A stretch of DNA of 64,000 nucleotides, taken from IMG/VR virus record IMGVR_UViG_3300009506_003033, positions 1 to 64,000 of that record, one strand, 5' to 3'. Positions 18,960 to 27,553 of the stretch are shown here, piece by piece. Origin of the DNA: a virus. The position numbers and the translations under genes are program-made. The notes under the pieces were generated by a model. The model was not told the DNA's origin. It did not search any database and saw only the letters and a list, made by a program, of their open reading frames with translations. Each line of letters opens with the position of its first letter. The stretch's first letter is position 1.

Positions 18960-19743
18960 ATCTTGCGAGAGTGTCCGAGAGACACGTAATCGAGCACCGG
19001 AAGGTTGTGAACAGGATGAACTCGGATTGACATTTCCACCATCGGGGAACGAGATAGACGGACATGATTTCGATGGCTATTGCCAATATCACACGAGTTA
19101 CTACGCACCAGATTGGGAGTTCATTCGTGGATTGTTCATTCCAACCGCAGAACATAGAGATCGGATGCAGCCGGCACTCGACGAATTGCGATCCCGAGGG
19201 AAGACACTGATAGGACTCCATCTGCGGCGAGGAGACACTGGGCGTCTGATCTACTATTTGACTCCAAACGCATGGTACCTCGTTTGGCTGAAAGAGAATT
19301 GGCAACGATTGAAAAAGCCAGTCTTGTTCATTGCCTCTGAGAGACCCGCCGACAAGGAAGCATTTGCCGAATATGATCCTATGGCATCAAGTGATTTGTT
19401 GAAGTTGCACCCGCAACCATACAGGATCTACAACTACCTCAAGTACGATTTGAATCATCCGACGCCAGTGTCAATGGACTGGTTTCCAGATTGGTACATC
19501 CTCACGCAATGTGACATCTTGTTATTCGGTAATTCGACGTTCAGCTATACCGCAGCGATGATGGGAAACAATCTCTCGGAGGCATGGAGATCGAAATTAT
19601 CCCTTCAGGGATTCCAGCAGATCAATCCCTGGAACGACTGGCCACTTGTCAGAGAAGACTTGAGAAACTATCCGGGCATCGCCGACACATGGTACGACAG
19701 GAATCCGGCCTGGAAGGGAGGAGAGGTCCACGGAAGAGACTAG
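18784..19743 (+). CDS. GT11 alpha-1,2-fucosyltransferase-like protein
   Basis: GRWGNQVFQY, GYCQ, GLHLRRGD, GNSTFSY. Confidence 0.8.
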   Translation: MLHNGLITMSCLGRKGRWGNQVFQYMFLRTYAKRCRLQYQCPKWIGQILLGHADPSITESCESVRETRNRAPEGCEQDELGLTFPPSGNEIDGHDFDGYCQYHTSYYAPDWEFIRGLFIPTAEHRDRMQPALDELRSRGKTLIGLHLRRGDTGRLIYYLTPNAWYLVWLKENWQRLKKPVLFIASERPADKEAFAEYDPMASSDLLKLHPQPYRIYNYLKYDLNHPTPVSMDWFPDWYILTQCDILLFGNSTFSYTAAMMGNNLSEAWRSKLSLQGFQQINPWNDWPLVREDLRNYPGIADTWYDRNPAWKGGEVHGRD

Positions 19744-19783
19744 CCCCTATCCCAGTGGGAATGCTCCCTCCCGGAGTTCGCTC

Positions 19784-19972
19784 CTATCCGGGTGCCTGCT
19801 GGGTGGGGGCGTCTTCCGCGCGTTCGTAGTCTCCGCACCAGTGGCCGGATACTACCGTCGGATGCTTGGGATGTGGCGCATAGCGAACGCACTCGCCATA
19901 ATCCGTGCCGTAATCCAAGTCGTTGCGAATCGCTATGTAGAATCGGCACGTCTCACAGGTTTCTTCAGTCAT
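19784..19972 (-). CDS. small Cys-rich phage protein
   Basis: CETCRFY...GECVRYAP...WCGDY. Confidence 0.5.
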   Translation of the reverse strand: MTEETCETCRFYIAIRNDLDYGTDYGECVRYAPHPKHPTVVSGHWCGDYERAEDAPTQQAPG

Positions 19973-20232
19973 TCTATGCCTTTCACGTATCTGACCCGAT
20001 CCTTAGTCACGGCCGTCGGCGGAATCTGTCTGGCCCGGATCTTGGAGCATTCAACCTGCCATCTCCAATTGAGTGGCACGCCTTTCGGCAACCGTAACGT
20101 GTGAACGCTGTTGCTGGCTGCGAGAATCATCTGGCCTCGTTCTGGCCCCATCCATCGCCATACTTGGCCGTCGCCACCTACTCGCAAATCATCAAGATTG
20201 ATTGCCATATCATCTAGTCTCCTTCTTTGCAT
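19969..20232 (-). CDS. hypothetical phage protein
   Basis: AAGGAG RBS, overlapping stop/start chain. Confidence 0.45.
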   Translation of the reverse strand: MQRRRLDDMAINLDDLRVGGDGQVWRWMGPERGQMILAASNSVHTLRLPKGVPLNWRWQVECSKIRARQIPPTAVTKDRVRYVKGIE

Positions 20233-20438
20233 TGAAGGGCTACAATCTCATTGTGCGGATTGATGCCTGGATTCGGTACATCGGCGTTGTTGCGAATGTC
20301 TGCCCACGACCATGATTCTGCTCCTTCGACGTGCAAGAGAAACTTGATCTCGCCCTTTGGCAGTTCTGGATGATTGGTGTTGCGTAAGATTCGCTGTACC
20401 TTTTCGGCGATGGTTCGTTTCTGTTGAACTGAGAACAT
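20214..20438 (-). CDS. hypothetical phage protein
   Basis: TTGAAAGG RBS; HPELPKGEI.F.LHV.GAE.WSWADI. Confidence 0.55.
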   Translation of the reverse strand: MFSVQQKRTIAEKVQRILRNTNHPELPKGEIKFLLHVEGAESWSWADIRNNADVPNPGINPHNEIVALQCKEGD

Positions 20439-20439
20439 G

Positions 20440-20527
20440 CTCTTGGCCTTTCAAGGAAAGAGCCCCGTCCCGGTTGAAAGGGTGTCCGCCGAGCTGCCGG
20501 GACGGGGCATTTCCCAGCCGGCGGTGA
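20440..20527 (-). promoter_or_regulatory. attenuator-like structured leader
   Basis: 12-bp stem GCCCCGTCCCGG/CCGGGACGGGGC; loop can pair with upstream CCGCCGGCTG and with the downstream RBS TTGAAAGG. Confidence 0.5.
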
Positions 20528-20528
20528 T

Positions 20529-20837
20529 TCATTCAACAACTGCTTTCCACAGCACGCATCCGAAAGATTCCGTGCATCGCAGTGCCGCGAAGTAGCCACT
20601 CCTGTCTTCCACTGCTGCCAGCCATTCCTCCTCTTCATCGTAGGGTTCCCGTGTCGCGTGCTGCGGGCCATGTATCGCGTTGCATCTTCCCACATCCGGC
20701 CAAATCGTCTCGGTCAACGGGCCGGACCAGTGAGCACATGTGCCACATGTTCTATTGACCATTTCGGATGCCTTTTTGCGTTTTTCTCGGGATTTTTCCC
20801 AAGCGGTAAAATTTACCGCTTGGGAGAGTTGCCCCAA
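20529..20837 (-). CDS. Cys-rich hypothetical phage protein
   Basis: CGTCAHW...GRC...FGCVLW. Confidence 0.5.
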   Translation of the reverse strand: MGQLSQAVNFTAWEKSREKRKKASEMVNRTCGTCAHWSGPLTETIWPDVGRCNAIHGPQHATREPYDEEEEWLAAVEDRSGYFAALRCTESFGCVLWKAVVE

Positions 20838-20861
20838 AGTGGGGATGCCTTATGTCATGCT

Positions 20862-21245
20862 TCAGCGAATATCCAGCACGCCAGGATATCGCTTGTTGAA
20901 GAGCACGAGCCAGGACTGCACTAGTGCTTTTTGTCTCTCAGTGACATCGCTGTCGTCGTACAGCCACTTTGGAGTGTTTGTGTGAATCCAATCCTGAACT
21001 TGTTCACAAGTCTGATCTGGTGTTATCAGTTTTCCATTTTTCCAGATGTCATAGAGACCATTACTGCTGGCGGCAACGATTTCGTAGCCTGCGAGCCGCG
21101 GGACTGGGGATGCTGCGAAAACCACGTCGCCTCGACGAAATACGATCGCAAGCATGCCGAATCCCTTGCGATTCTTCAAGGCTAGTAACCGCATTAACTG
21201 TGCGTCGCCGCCAGGAATACCAGGTACAATGTTGACATTCTGCAT
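20862..21245 (-). CDS. hypothetical phage protein
   Basis: TTGAAAGGGT RBS; 127-aa ORF. Confidence 0.5.
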   Translation of the reverse strand: MQNVNIVPGIPGGDAQLMRLLALKNRKGFGMLAIVFRRGDVVFAASPVPRLAGYEIVAASSNGLYDIWKNGKLITPDQTCEQVQDWIHTNTPKWLYDDSDVTERQKALVQSWLVLFNKRYPGVLDIR

Positions 21246-21288
21246 TTTGTTTACCCTTTCAATGGAACTTGTTAGCTGACATTGGATT

Positions 21289-21501
21289 TCAGCTGATTCG
21301 CAACACCTGCACTAGCCAATCCCGGATCGCATCGTGCATCGGGTGCCCTTCGCCCAAGATGATCGCCGCCAGCAACACGCCAGACAATCCGCCGACGACA
21401 ACCTCGAAGCCGATGAACAGCCGGATCACCCACCGTTGTATCGCTCTCCGGCGCCGTGTCTTGCGTAGCTGGTGTTGTCTACGGTTCATTGAATCCATCA
21501 T
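21289..21501 (-). CDS. small membrane protein
   Basis: basic N-terminus followed by one hydrophobic helix. Confidence 0.45.
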   Translation of the reverse strand: MMDSMNRRQHQLRKTRRRRAIQRWVIRLFIGFEVVVGGLSGVLLAAIILGEGHPMHDAIRDWLVQVLRIS

Positions 21502-22058
21502 CGAATATTAAATTGACTCATTTTGTTTCGTGGCCAGAGCCAGCCACCTTTCCCTCGTCTGCCACGATCTGCTTTGAATTTGCCTCCAGGCCAATCTTTG
21601 CGGTGATCACCGTATGTGAAAACATCAGCCAGCGAAATAAATAGCCACTTAGGAGGGCCATCGATTGGGCTTTCTTCATTGTCATCAAGCGGCGATTTCT
21701 CTTCGTGAATTACCAATATTACCGGAGATTCACTTTTCTTCGCGACTGTTTGATATTCCTCTAGCAGCGAGAAATCAATCCCATGTTCCCATCGTGGCCC
21801 TGGAGGATATCGTCTCCAAGTGGCAACTGCCTTTGCCTTGACTTCGTGCCATTGCACCATGCGAGCCATCAGGAGCATATCAGGGGCAACGAGTGCCGTC
21901 GTATCGACAAATATAAGCGGTGCTTTGCATTTTGCGTCTTGTTCAACCATTCCATATGTCGGTAAAACGACGTGACCACGTTTTGCCATCATCCTGGCCC
22001 ATTTCTTTTGGGCACTGTCGCCTATTTTCCATTCCCGTGTTTCATGAAACTCGCTCAT
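21498..22058 (-). CDS. PD-(D/E)xK nuclease-fold protein (putative endonuclease)
   Basis: APDMLL...WHEVKAK; overlaps the methylase gene. Confidence 0.6.
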   Translation of the reverse strand: MSEFHETREWKIGDSAQKKWARMMAKRGHVVLPTYGMVEQDAKCKAPLIFVDTTALVAPDMLLMARMVQWHEVKAKAVATWRRYPPGPRWEHGIDFSLLEEYQTVAKKSESPVILVIHEEKSPLDDNEESPIDGPPKWLFISLADVFTYGDHRKDWPGGKFKADRGRRGKGGWLWPRNKMSQFNIR

Positions 22059-23019
22059 AGATCATTCCAAACTTGGCGAAATGTTTCGCAAACTTCTTCG
22101 GTGCTTTTCCGAGGTATAATACGGCCTGCCCCTGTAGTGGACAGCTCTCGGTACCCTCGTCATCCCACCACTTCAGCCGTCCCTTGGGAAAGCAGATTGA
22201 CGCGGCCAACGTGCCTACCGACTGGAACCACGATGTCTCCGTGGCGTTGTTCACAAGCACGCACGCCGCCGTAACATCGCCAGACTGATATGATTCTGCC
22301 AGTTTCGTCATGAATGAATCAATGAGGCCAGAAGCGTACGGCGGATTCAACCAGACTCGTCCAGTCCATTTTTTGTCGCGGCCGTCGGTTTCCGCCGTGT
22401 AGAACTTCTTGGCCTTGATGACTTCCTGTGCCGCTTCGGACGTCGCGGGATCCAAGTCGATGTCCCCCATCGTTGCCCGGGCCGCTTCGATGTATTCAGG
22501 AGGTGTGTACCATTCCGGCTGGCCGGTGTTCTGCGAGACGTGGGCCGCCTCGTTGGACGTACCCAAGTGCGGCACCGTTTTCTTGGCTTCGTTGTAGAAC
22601 TTCTGGATGTATGCTTGTAGTTTTTTCTCCGTCGAGTACTTCAGTCGCATCCGTTGACATGTGGCCGATAGATGTTCGTCAATGGCCAAATCCTCCAATC
22701 TGCAAATCTGCACTTTTGCAGATTTGCATCGTAAGTGCTGATTTGACGGCCGTTTAGCTTTACCCCTTCCAAACACCCCGGCATCCTTCAGCCCGATGAT
22801 CTGCCCACCTAGATGCCAGCCGTTAATGACGACTTGGCTTCCGAGCTCGAATGCCTTCGGGTAGTCTGTGTTCATAGCCAGCAGGTGATCCCGTGCCGCC
22901 GATAGCACTCTTCCCCATGCCGCACGTTGTTCTGCTGGCATCGTTTTGGTGATTGCATGCAACTCTTCCTTTGTCATTTGCTCCAGCGGTTTCCCTGGAA
23001 TCTCGGCAAGTTCGCCCAT
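22042..23019 (-). CDS. phage DNA N6-adenine methyltransferase (Dam-type)
   Basis: EWYTPP, IDLDPA, VWLNPPY, NNATETSWF. Confidence 0.85.
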   Translation of the reverse strand: MGELAEIPGKPLEQMTKEELHAITKTMPAEQRAAWGRVLSAARDHLLAMNTDYPKAFELGSQVVINGWHLGGQIIGLKDAGVFGRGKAKRPSNQHLRCKSAKVQICRLEDLAIDEHLSATCQRMRLKYSTEKKLQAYIQKFYNEAKKTVPHLGTSNEAAHVSQNTGQPEWYTPPEYIEAARATMGDIDLDPATSEAAQEVIKAKKFYTAETDGRDKKWTGRVWLNPPYASGLIDSFMTKLAESYQSGDVTAACVLVNNATETSWFQSVGTLAASICFPKGRLKWWDDEGTESCPLQGQAVLYLGKAPKKFAKHFAKFGMIYERVS

Positions 23020-23059
23020 TCATCAGCCTCCCTGAAGATATTCGCATGAAAAAACGTCC

Positions 23060-23416
23060 CTAGTCGCGACGGGCCACCGAGGCACGTTCGCGTTCCAAAA
23101 TCCGGTAAGCCTCTTCGATCATACCGTCGACGGCTTCTTTTGAAATGTCGACGTTATGTTTCCGAGCCAATGCGGGCCATTCTGTTTTCCAGACATCCAA
23201 GGCATGACATTCGCAACCGATCGCTACGTAGCGCCACGGAATCAGCAAAAAAGCATCTTCGCCATCTATCGTTCCTATGTTAGTATTGTAGCCGTAGCCG
23301 GAGCCGTAGCCGGAGCCGTAGCCGGAGCCGTCGCCGTCGCCGTAGCCGTAGCCGGAGCCGGAGCCGGAGCCGTAGCCGTAGCCGGAGCCGGAGCCGAGAT
23401 GAATATCTATGGCCAT
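23060..23416 (-). CDS. Gly/Ser/Tyr-repeat phage protein
   Basis: GSGSGYGYG repeats (hexamer DNA repeat about 23290-23398) followed by VAIGCECH domain. Confidence 0.6.
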   Translation of the reverse strand: MAIDIHLGSGSGYGYGSGSGSGYGYGDGDGSGYGSGYGSGYGYNTNIGTIDGEDAFLLIPWRYVAIGCECHALDVWKTEWPALARKHNVDISKEAVDGMIEEAYRILERERASVARRD

Positions 23417-23697
23417 GCTTCAATCTCTTTCGCTGCAGTCTGTGATACAGACAGATATTGACAGACATGTTCTGTGGCAGTTACCTCCACAGTATCTGTC
23501 AATTGCGTGTCACCACGCGGACCATTTTGTGCCAAGCCAAATAATCCTTTGCAGGCGGCATCCCAATACAAAACCATTCGTGCGCGATGCAATGTGATCG
23601 GTGATCCGACGATTGGTTCCGCATCAGTCCAACCGTAGACAACACATTTACCAGTTTTGCCACAGCATATTATCCACGATCGTTGATTTGCTGACAT
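23407..23697 (-). CDS. hypothetical phage protein (DUF6948-like)
   Basis: VVYGW...ITLHRARMVLYW..KGLFGLAQNGP; a type often adjacent to Gly-rich genes. Confidence 0.5.
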   Translation of the reverse strand: MSANQRSWIICCGKTGKCVVYGWTDAEPIVGSPITLHRARMVLYWDAACKGLFGLAQNGPRGDTQLTDTVEVTATEHVCQYLSVSQTAAKEIEAWP

Positions 23698-23714
23698 GAT
23701 TGTTCTCCAGCAAA

Positions 23715-23850
23715 GAAAAACGCTCCTAGTCACGTCGGGCCAAACAGGCCAGGGACTAGCCCACCGTCGCGACCAAGAGCGTTGATTTCCTGTCCCTGTT
23801 CATGCGGGTTTGGCTCCGCGTTTCCCGAATTCTACCACATTATACCCGCG
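23715..23850 (-). promoter_or_regulatory. promoter (-10 TATAAT) plus attenuator-like leader
   Basis: 20-bp stem AACGCTCTTGGTCGCGACGG/CCGACGTGACTAGGAGCGTT plus T-run; shares CGGAGCCNAACCCGCA and GCGACGGTGGGCT with 34920-35032. Confidence 0.6.
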
Positions 23851-23980
23851 TCTCAAAATCCATATTAATCTTTAAAAGTCGAGCACGGATATCCGATTCC
23901 TTGTAACCCAGACAATATCGCCGAATTGCCTCTTCGCGTTCTTGGCGATGACGGGATATCATAGTTAGGCCTCCGTCTGT

Positions 23981-24379
23981 CTAATAGCTCAATACGGCCA
24001 GGCAATACAATGCAGGCATCATGCCACGAACTCCTTTGGAATGCAACAAGTCGTCAGTTCTAGCAATGACGCTTTCCGTTAGCGCAGGAACCTCCATGTG
24101 CGGTAAACCGAATCGATGCGAACAAGTTTCCGCAACCAACAACCCGAGATACCATCCATCCCTGTTTTCATAGTCGACATGATGTATAATCGTGCCGTCC
24201 CATAGCTCGGTATCATCTATGGCAATTGCGACGCCACTTTTTGTTGCATATCCTTTTGTTTTGACTATGGCTCCATAGGGTTCTCCGGTAGTCTCGTTGT
24301 ATTTGACTACTTGTTCATTTACATCAATGATCTCTATCGGTATGCCGTATACGATTTTGCATCTAATATCTAAACCCAT
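23981..24379 (-). CDS. hypothetical phage protein
   Basis: AAGGAG RBS; KYNETTGEPY. Confidence 0.55.
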   Translation of the reverse strand: MGLDIRCKIVYGIPIEIIDVNEQVVKYNETTGEPYGAIVKTKGYATKSGVAIAIDDTELWDGTIIHHVDYENRDGWYLGLLVAETCSHRFGLPHMEVPALTESVIARTDDLLHSKGVRGMMPALYCLAVLSY

Positions 24380-24391
24380 TGTATTGCTCCT

Positions 24392-25417
24392 TTAAGCCAC
24401 CGTCTGCAAAGCCAGCTCAAAGGCGTTTCGGCAGTGCAAGTCATAACTGCCGAGCAGGCATCTGGCTGCTTTGGCCTCCGAGGTCCTCGCTTGATTCTGG
24501 ACGGTCTCGGTGAAGGCGTTGAGCATCGTCCAGGCCGAGCCGCCGAACAGGCTGGATTCGATCTCCATGTTCGACAGACACTTTCCGATGAACTTAGCGG
24601 CCCGCTCCCGTTTCGCGTTGTCTTCTTCCGTCTTACCGCCAGACGGTACGGGGCCTCGCATCTTCGAATAGGCCGACAAAAAGAACAATTCGACCGCTGC
24701 CGTGTCAACGCTCGTGCTGGCCAAGCAATTCATGAGGCTGCGAGTTTCATCGATGGCGCGGCCGTAGAGCCCAAGTGCTGCCTTGGCATCGGCCACTCTC
24801 TTGCGAACGTCTCCTACGTGGCAAGCGACGAATGCCTGCGGAGTGAGTCGCTTCAGTCGGCCAGTCTCATGCTCCCGATCCGGGATGACAGCGTGCATTG
24901 TGTTTGAGCATACAACCCTGATCGTCGTCGGCGTGCAGCGAATCGCTGTGCCGCCATCGTGGCCGTTGGAGACTAATATATAAGGACAAATGCCATCCTC
25001 GCTTTTGGCCGTCCGAACGCTGAACGAGCGGCCTTGAATCAGAAACCAGACTTTCTTTCCGCTGCGGATCGAACCGGCCGATTCGATGTGCACCGTGTCG
25101 TTCTGTTCGGCAAGCAGTTCGCAGAATTCGGCCAGTTCTGCGTTTTGAATGACATGATAACCCTTGGAGACGATCCCCAGCACTTCGCTAATGTCAGCCC
25201 GAACGTTGGCTACGACATCTGGTACTCGCTGTCCCAGCGGATCCTCGTGCTCGTCACGATGTGCTGAGAGCCACCACTGTTCAACTTCCCAGTCGAGCCC
25301 GAGTCGCTCCAAGGCCTCCCGCGGCGTAGGAGCATCTGGCCACACTTGGCCGAGTCCGTGCCAGGCACCTTGGCCTGCGAATCCTACGCTGTCAGTTACT
25401 TCGATTTCATGCGCCAT
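24392..25417 (-). CDS. DUF932/DUF945 family phage protein
   Basis: MAHEI, AWHGLG, LGLDWEV, YHVIQN, ESAGSIRSGKKVW, NGHDGG, TTIRVVCSNT, SAWTMLNAFTE. Confidence 0.85.
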   Translation of the reverse strand: MAHEIEVTDSVGFAGQGAWHGLGQVWPDAPTPREALERLGLDWEVEQWWLSAHRDEHEDPLGQRVPDVVANVRADISEVLGIVSKGYHVIQNAELAEFCELLAEQNDTVHIESAGSIRSGKKVWFLIQGRSFSVRTAKSEDGICPYILVSNGHDGGTAIRCTPTTIRVVCSNTMHAVIPDREHETGRLKRLTPQAFVACHVGDVRKRVADAKAALGLYGRAIDETRSLMNCLASTSVDTAAVELFFLSAYSKMRGPVPSGGKTEEDNAKRERAAKFIGKCLSNMEIESSLFGGSAWTMLNAFTETVQNQARTSEAKAARCLLGSYDLHCRNAFELALQTVA

Positions 25418-25452
25418 CTCTTCACCCTTTCATAAGTTTCCGTCCTAAAAAA

Positions 25453-25722
25453 TCAATCGATACTCGGGACGGGTCGATGAATCGATTGTTCATTTACGTT
25501 GTTGAGTTCGCGGCATAATATCGCGGCACACAGTGCAGCAAATTCTTTCGTGTTCGGCCGCTGATTCCCTCCCATGCCAGTTGTAAACAGTATGATTTTA
25601 TCCTGGCAGCCCCAGCCATAAGTGCTACGCAAAAATTCGTACTCTGTAGCTTTTCGATTGATGACGGAAAGTTCCCAGTGTGTTTCTCCGTATTTTCCTT
25701 TTTCAAAGATTTCCCAAGCCAT
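25453..25722 (-). CDS. hypothetical phage protein
   Basis: GAAAAGAGGG RBS. Confidence 0.5.
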   Translation of the reverse strand: MAWEIFEKGKYGETHWELSVINRKATEYEFLRSTYGWGCQDKIILFTTGMGGNQRPNTKEFAALCAAILCRELNNVNEQSIHRPVPSID

Positions 25723-25769
25723 TATATCCCTCTTTTCAATCGCGGCGAAAACAGATTGGCTTCACACTT

Positions 25770-26147
25770 TCAATTGTCCGCTCTAATGGAATTAGTCGAT
25801 GCCTGGAGCGGTTCAGCGCTTCGACATTCTAACATCGCGACTAGTCGTTTGAGCTTCTCGACAGAGAGCGAGGATAGATCGCGTTGACACAAGACGCGAA
25901 TATGACGGATCAGTTCTCGCCGCAACTGATCCTCTCTAATTTGGTCCAGTTCTCCGTTTTCAGGTAGTCTGATGAATGTCGAATCCCACTGATTATGACG
26001 GCCTATTTCGCGGCCATCGCGTTTTCGGAACGCTCTGTTGCACACAATGATGCGTGTTGGCGTCACGCGCTCAATACGGCAAATGTGATTCTTGTGAAGC
26101 GAGCACAAGATCAATTCGTCGCCGACTTGAACATTGTCGAGGCTCAC
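25770..26147 (-). CDS. hypothetical phage protein (SH3-like N-terminus)
   Basis: VQVGDEL...RIERVTPTRIIV...FRKRDGREIG. Confidence 0.55.
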   Translation of the reverse strand: MSLDNVQVGDELILCSLHKNHICRIERVTPTRIIVCNRAFRKRDGREIGRHNQWDSTFIRLPENGELDQIREDQLRRELIRHIRVLCQRDLSSLSVEKLKRLVAMLECRSAEPLQASTNSIRADN

Positions 26148-26304
26148 AGCAGACCCCTTCGATTCGTGTTGGTGTTTCTTTCAGCCGCCAGTTGCCGCGA
26201 AATTGGACCACCGAGCCACATCTGCTACACTCGCTGATGGGTCGAGCAGATATCATTTCGTGGCGGCAAGTACGACAAAACCATTTCATTTTTTGCTCCC
26301 CGTC

Positions 26305-26338
26305 TTGACAATTATAGCAGATGGGCTAGACTAGTCAA
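26305..26338. promoter_or_regulatory. overlapping divergent sigma70-type promoters
   Basis: rightward TTGACA-16-TAGACT (26305-26332); leftward TTGACT-16-TATAAT (26338-26311). Confidence 0.7.
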
Positions 26339-26349
26339 TAGAGGTTTCG

Positions 26350-26571
26350 ATGAGAAATTTGACGACGCGACAGGTGGCTGAAATTCTGCAGGTGACTCGC
26401 GGCCGAGTACGACAGTATGTATGCAGAGGGCAGCTCCAGGCCGGCAGGTTCAACCACGATCTGGAGTTTTCCCCGGAGGATGTGGAAAAATTCCGGCAAA
26501 AACTGGCCCAGCACCCGCTCGCAAACTGTCATGTGGCAACAATTTACGGTGATTCCGATGATCCCGGCTGA
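26350..26571 (+). CDS. excisionase/Cro-like HTH DNA-binding protein (HTH_17)
   Basis: LTTRQVAEILQVTRGRVRQYVCRGQLQA; GAGG RBS. Confidence 0.8.
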   Translation: MRNLTTRQVAEILQVTRGRVRQYVCRGQLQAGRFNHDLEFSPEDVEKFRQKLAQHPLANCHVATIYGDSDDPG

Positions 26572-26611
26572 AAAATTCCGGGAAAAATTCGCCCGAGGGC
26601 CGTTTCCTGGG

Positions 26612-26639
26612 TTGACAGCTGTAGCAGTTGAGCTATAAT
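26612..26639 (+). promoter_or_regulatory. consensus sigma70-type promoter
   Basis: TTGACA-16-TATAAT. Confidence 0.8.
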
Positions 26640-26689
26640 TGGAGCAGGATGAGGAAACGAACGGTACTCAAATTTGAAAGGGCGAAACG

Positions 26690-26881
26690 ATGAAGACGAC
26701 GATCAAACGGTTCAAAGTCAAATCAGAGGCGGAGGCCATTCAGTACGTCCAAAACCTGCGGCGCAATCATGACCGGATGGCCACCGTCGAGAAAGACGGA
26801 GATCAATATTATCTATGTGTCCCAATGGAGGTGCGAACCGTCCGGTACGACCAAATCATTGCGGCTTACCGGTTCAACTAG
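26690..26881 (+). CDS. small early phage protein
   Basis: conserved start motif, strong promoter upstream. Confidence 0.65.
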   Translation: MKTTIKRFKVKSEAEAIQYVQNLRRNHDRMATVEKDGDQYYLCVPMEVRTVRYDQIIAAYRFN

Positions 26882-26953
26882 ATAATCATTTCGCCGGGGC
26901 GGTTCGCGTGTTGCGGCCGCCCGTGGCGAGACAATACTTGAAGGGGCGAAACG

Positions 26954-27187
26954 ATGACAAAAATTTGGTTTGACTGGCGAGATAAGCGAATTGCCATTTC
27001 AGCCGATGAAGTTGGATGGTATGGCGAAACACGACCGGTGCTGAGCGGCGTTGATCCTAGTGTTACATTGACTGCCGATGAATTGCGTGATCTGGCATTA
27101 GCCCTAGATCAGCAGGATTATTCCGATTTCACGGTCAAACAGATGCCTTTTTCGGAATATCTGGATCTCGTCTATTTATCCGCATAG
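26954..27187 (+). CDS. small early phage protein
   Basis: conserved start motif. Confidence 0.65.
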   Translation: MTKIWFDWRDKRIAISADEVGWYGETRPVLSGVDPSVTLTADELRDLALALDQQDYSDFTVKQMPFSEYLDLVYLSA

Positions 27188-27220
27188 TGCGGTTCTCTCG
27201 TAACTTGAAAGGGTGAAACG

Positions 27221-27553
27221 ATGACAACAACGGATCCCTGGGTGCAAAATCAGATATCCCGTGCTCATCAGCAAATCGCGGGATCGACTGGCGATGAAAC
27301 CGATCGGCTTCATCCAACTATGTCATTTCAGTGGTGCTGCGGACCGGCTAACGGAGGTGAGTTGCCACCGGAAGAATGTCGATTACTCATAATCGATGGA
27401 ACTGGTGGCAGCCGAGATGTCGACCTCATTCAGAAATCAGACGACGGAGATGAGGAATATTACATCCTGGATAATTACGGCGACGAATGGATTGGGCGAC
27501 TCGAACTCATTCTTTACTGGACTCGTGCTGATGCGTTGATTCCGGAGAAATGA
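27221..27553 (+). CDS. small acidic early phage protein
   Basis: conserved start motif. Confidence 0.6.
   Translation: MTTTDPWVQNQISRAHQQIAGSTGDETDRLHPTMSFQWCCGPANGGELPPEECRLLIIDGTGGSRDVDLIQKSDDGDEEYYILDNYGDEWIGRLELILYWTRADALIPEK

Larger units (their letters stand above)
26674..27224 (+). repeat. three copies of a start-associated motif TTGAARGGGYGAAACGATGA
   Basis: at 26674, 26938 and 27205, each ending in the ATG of a small gene. Confidence 0.9.

Noticed and set aside
23290-23398. GCCGTA/GCCGGA hexamer repeat as another guide array
   Set aside because: Its period is 6 and it is explained by Gly-Ser/Gly-Tyr codons of the 23060-23416 protein.
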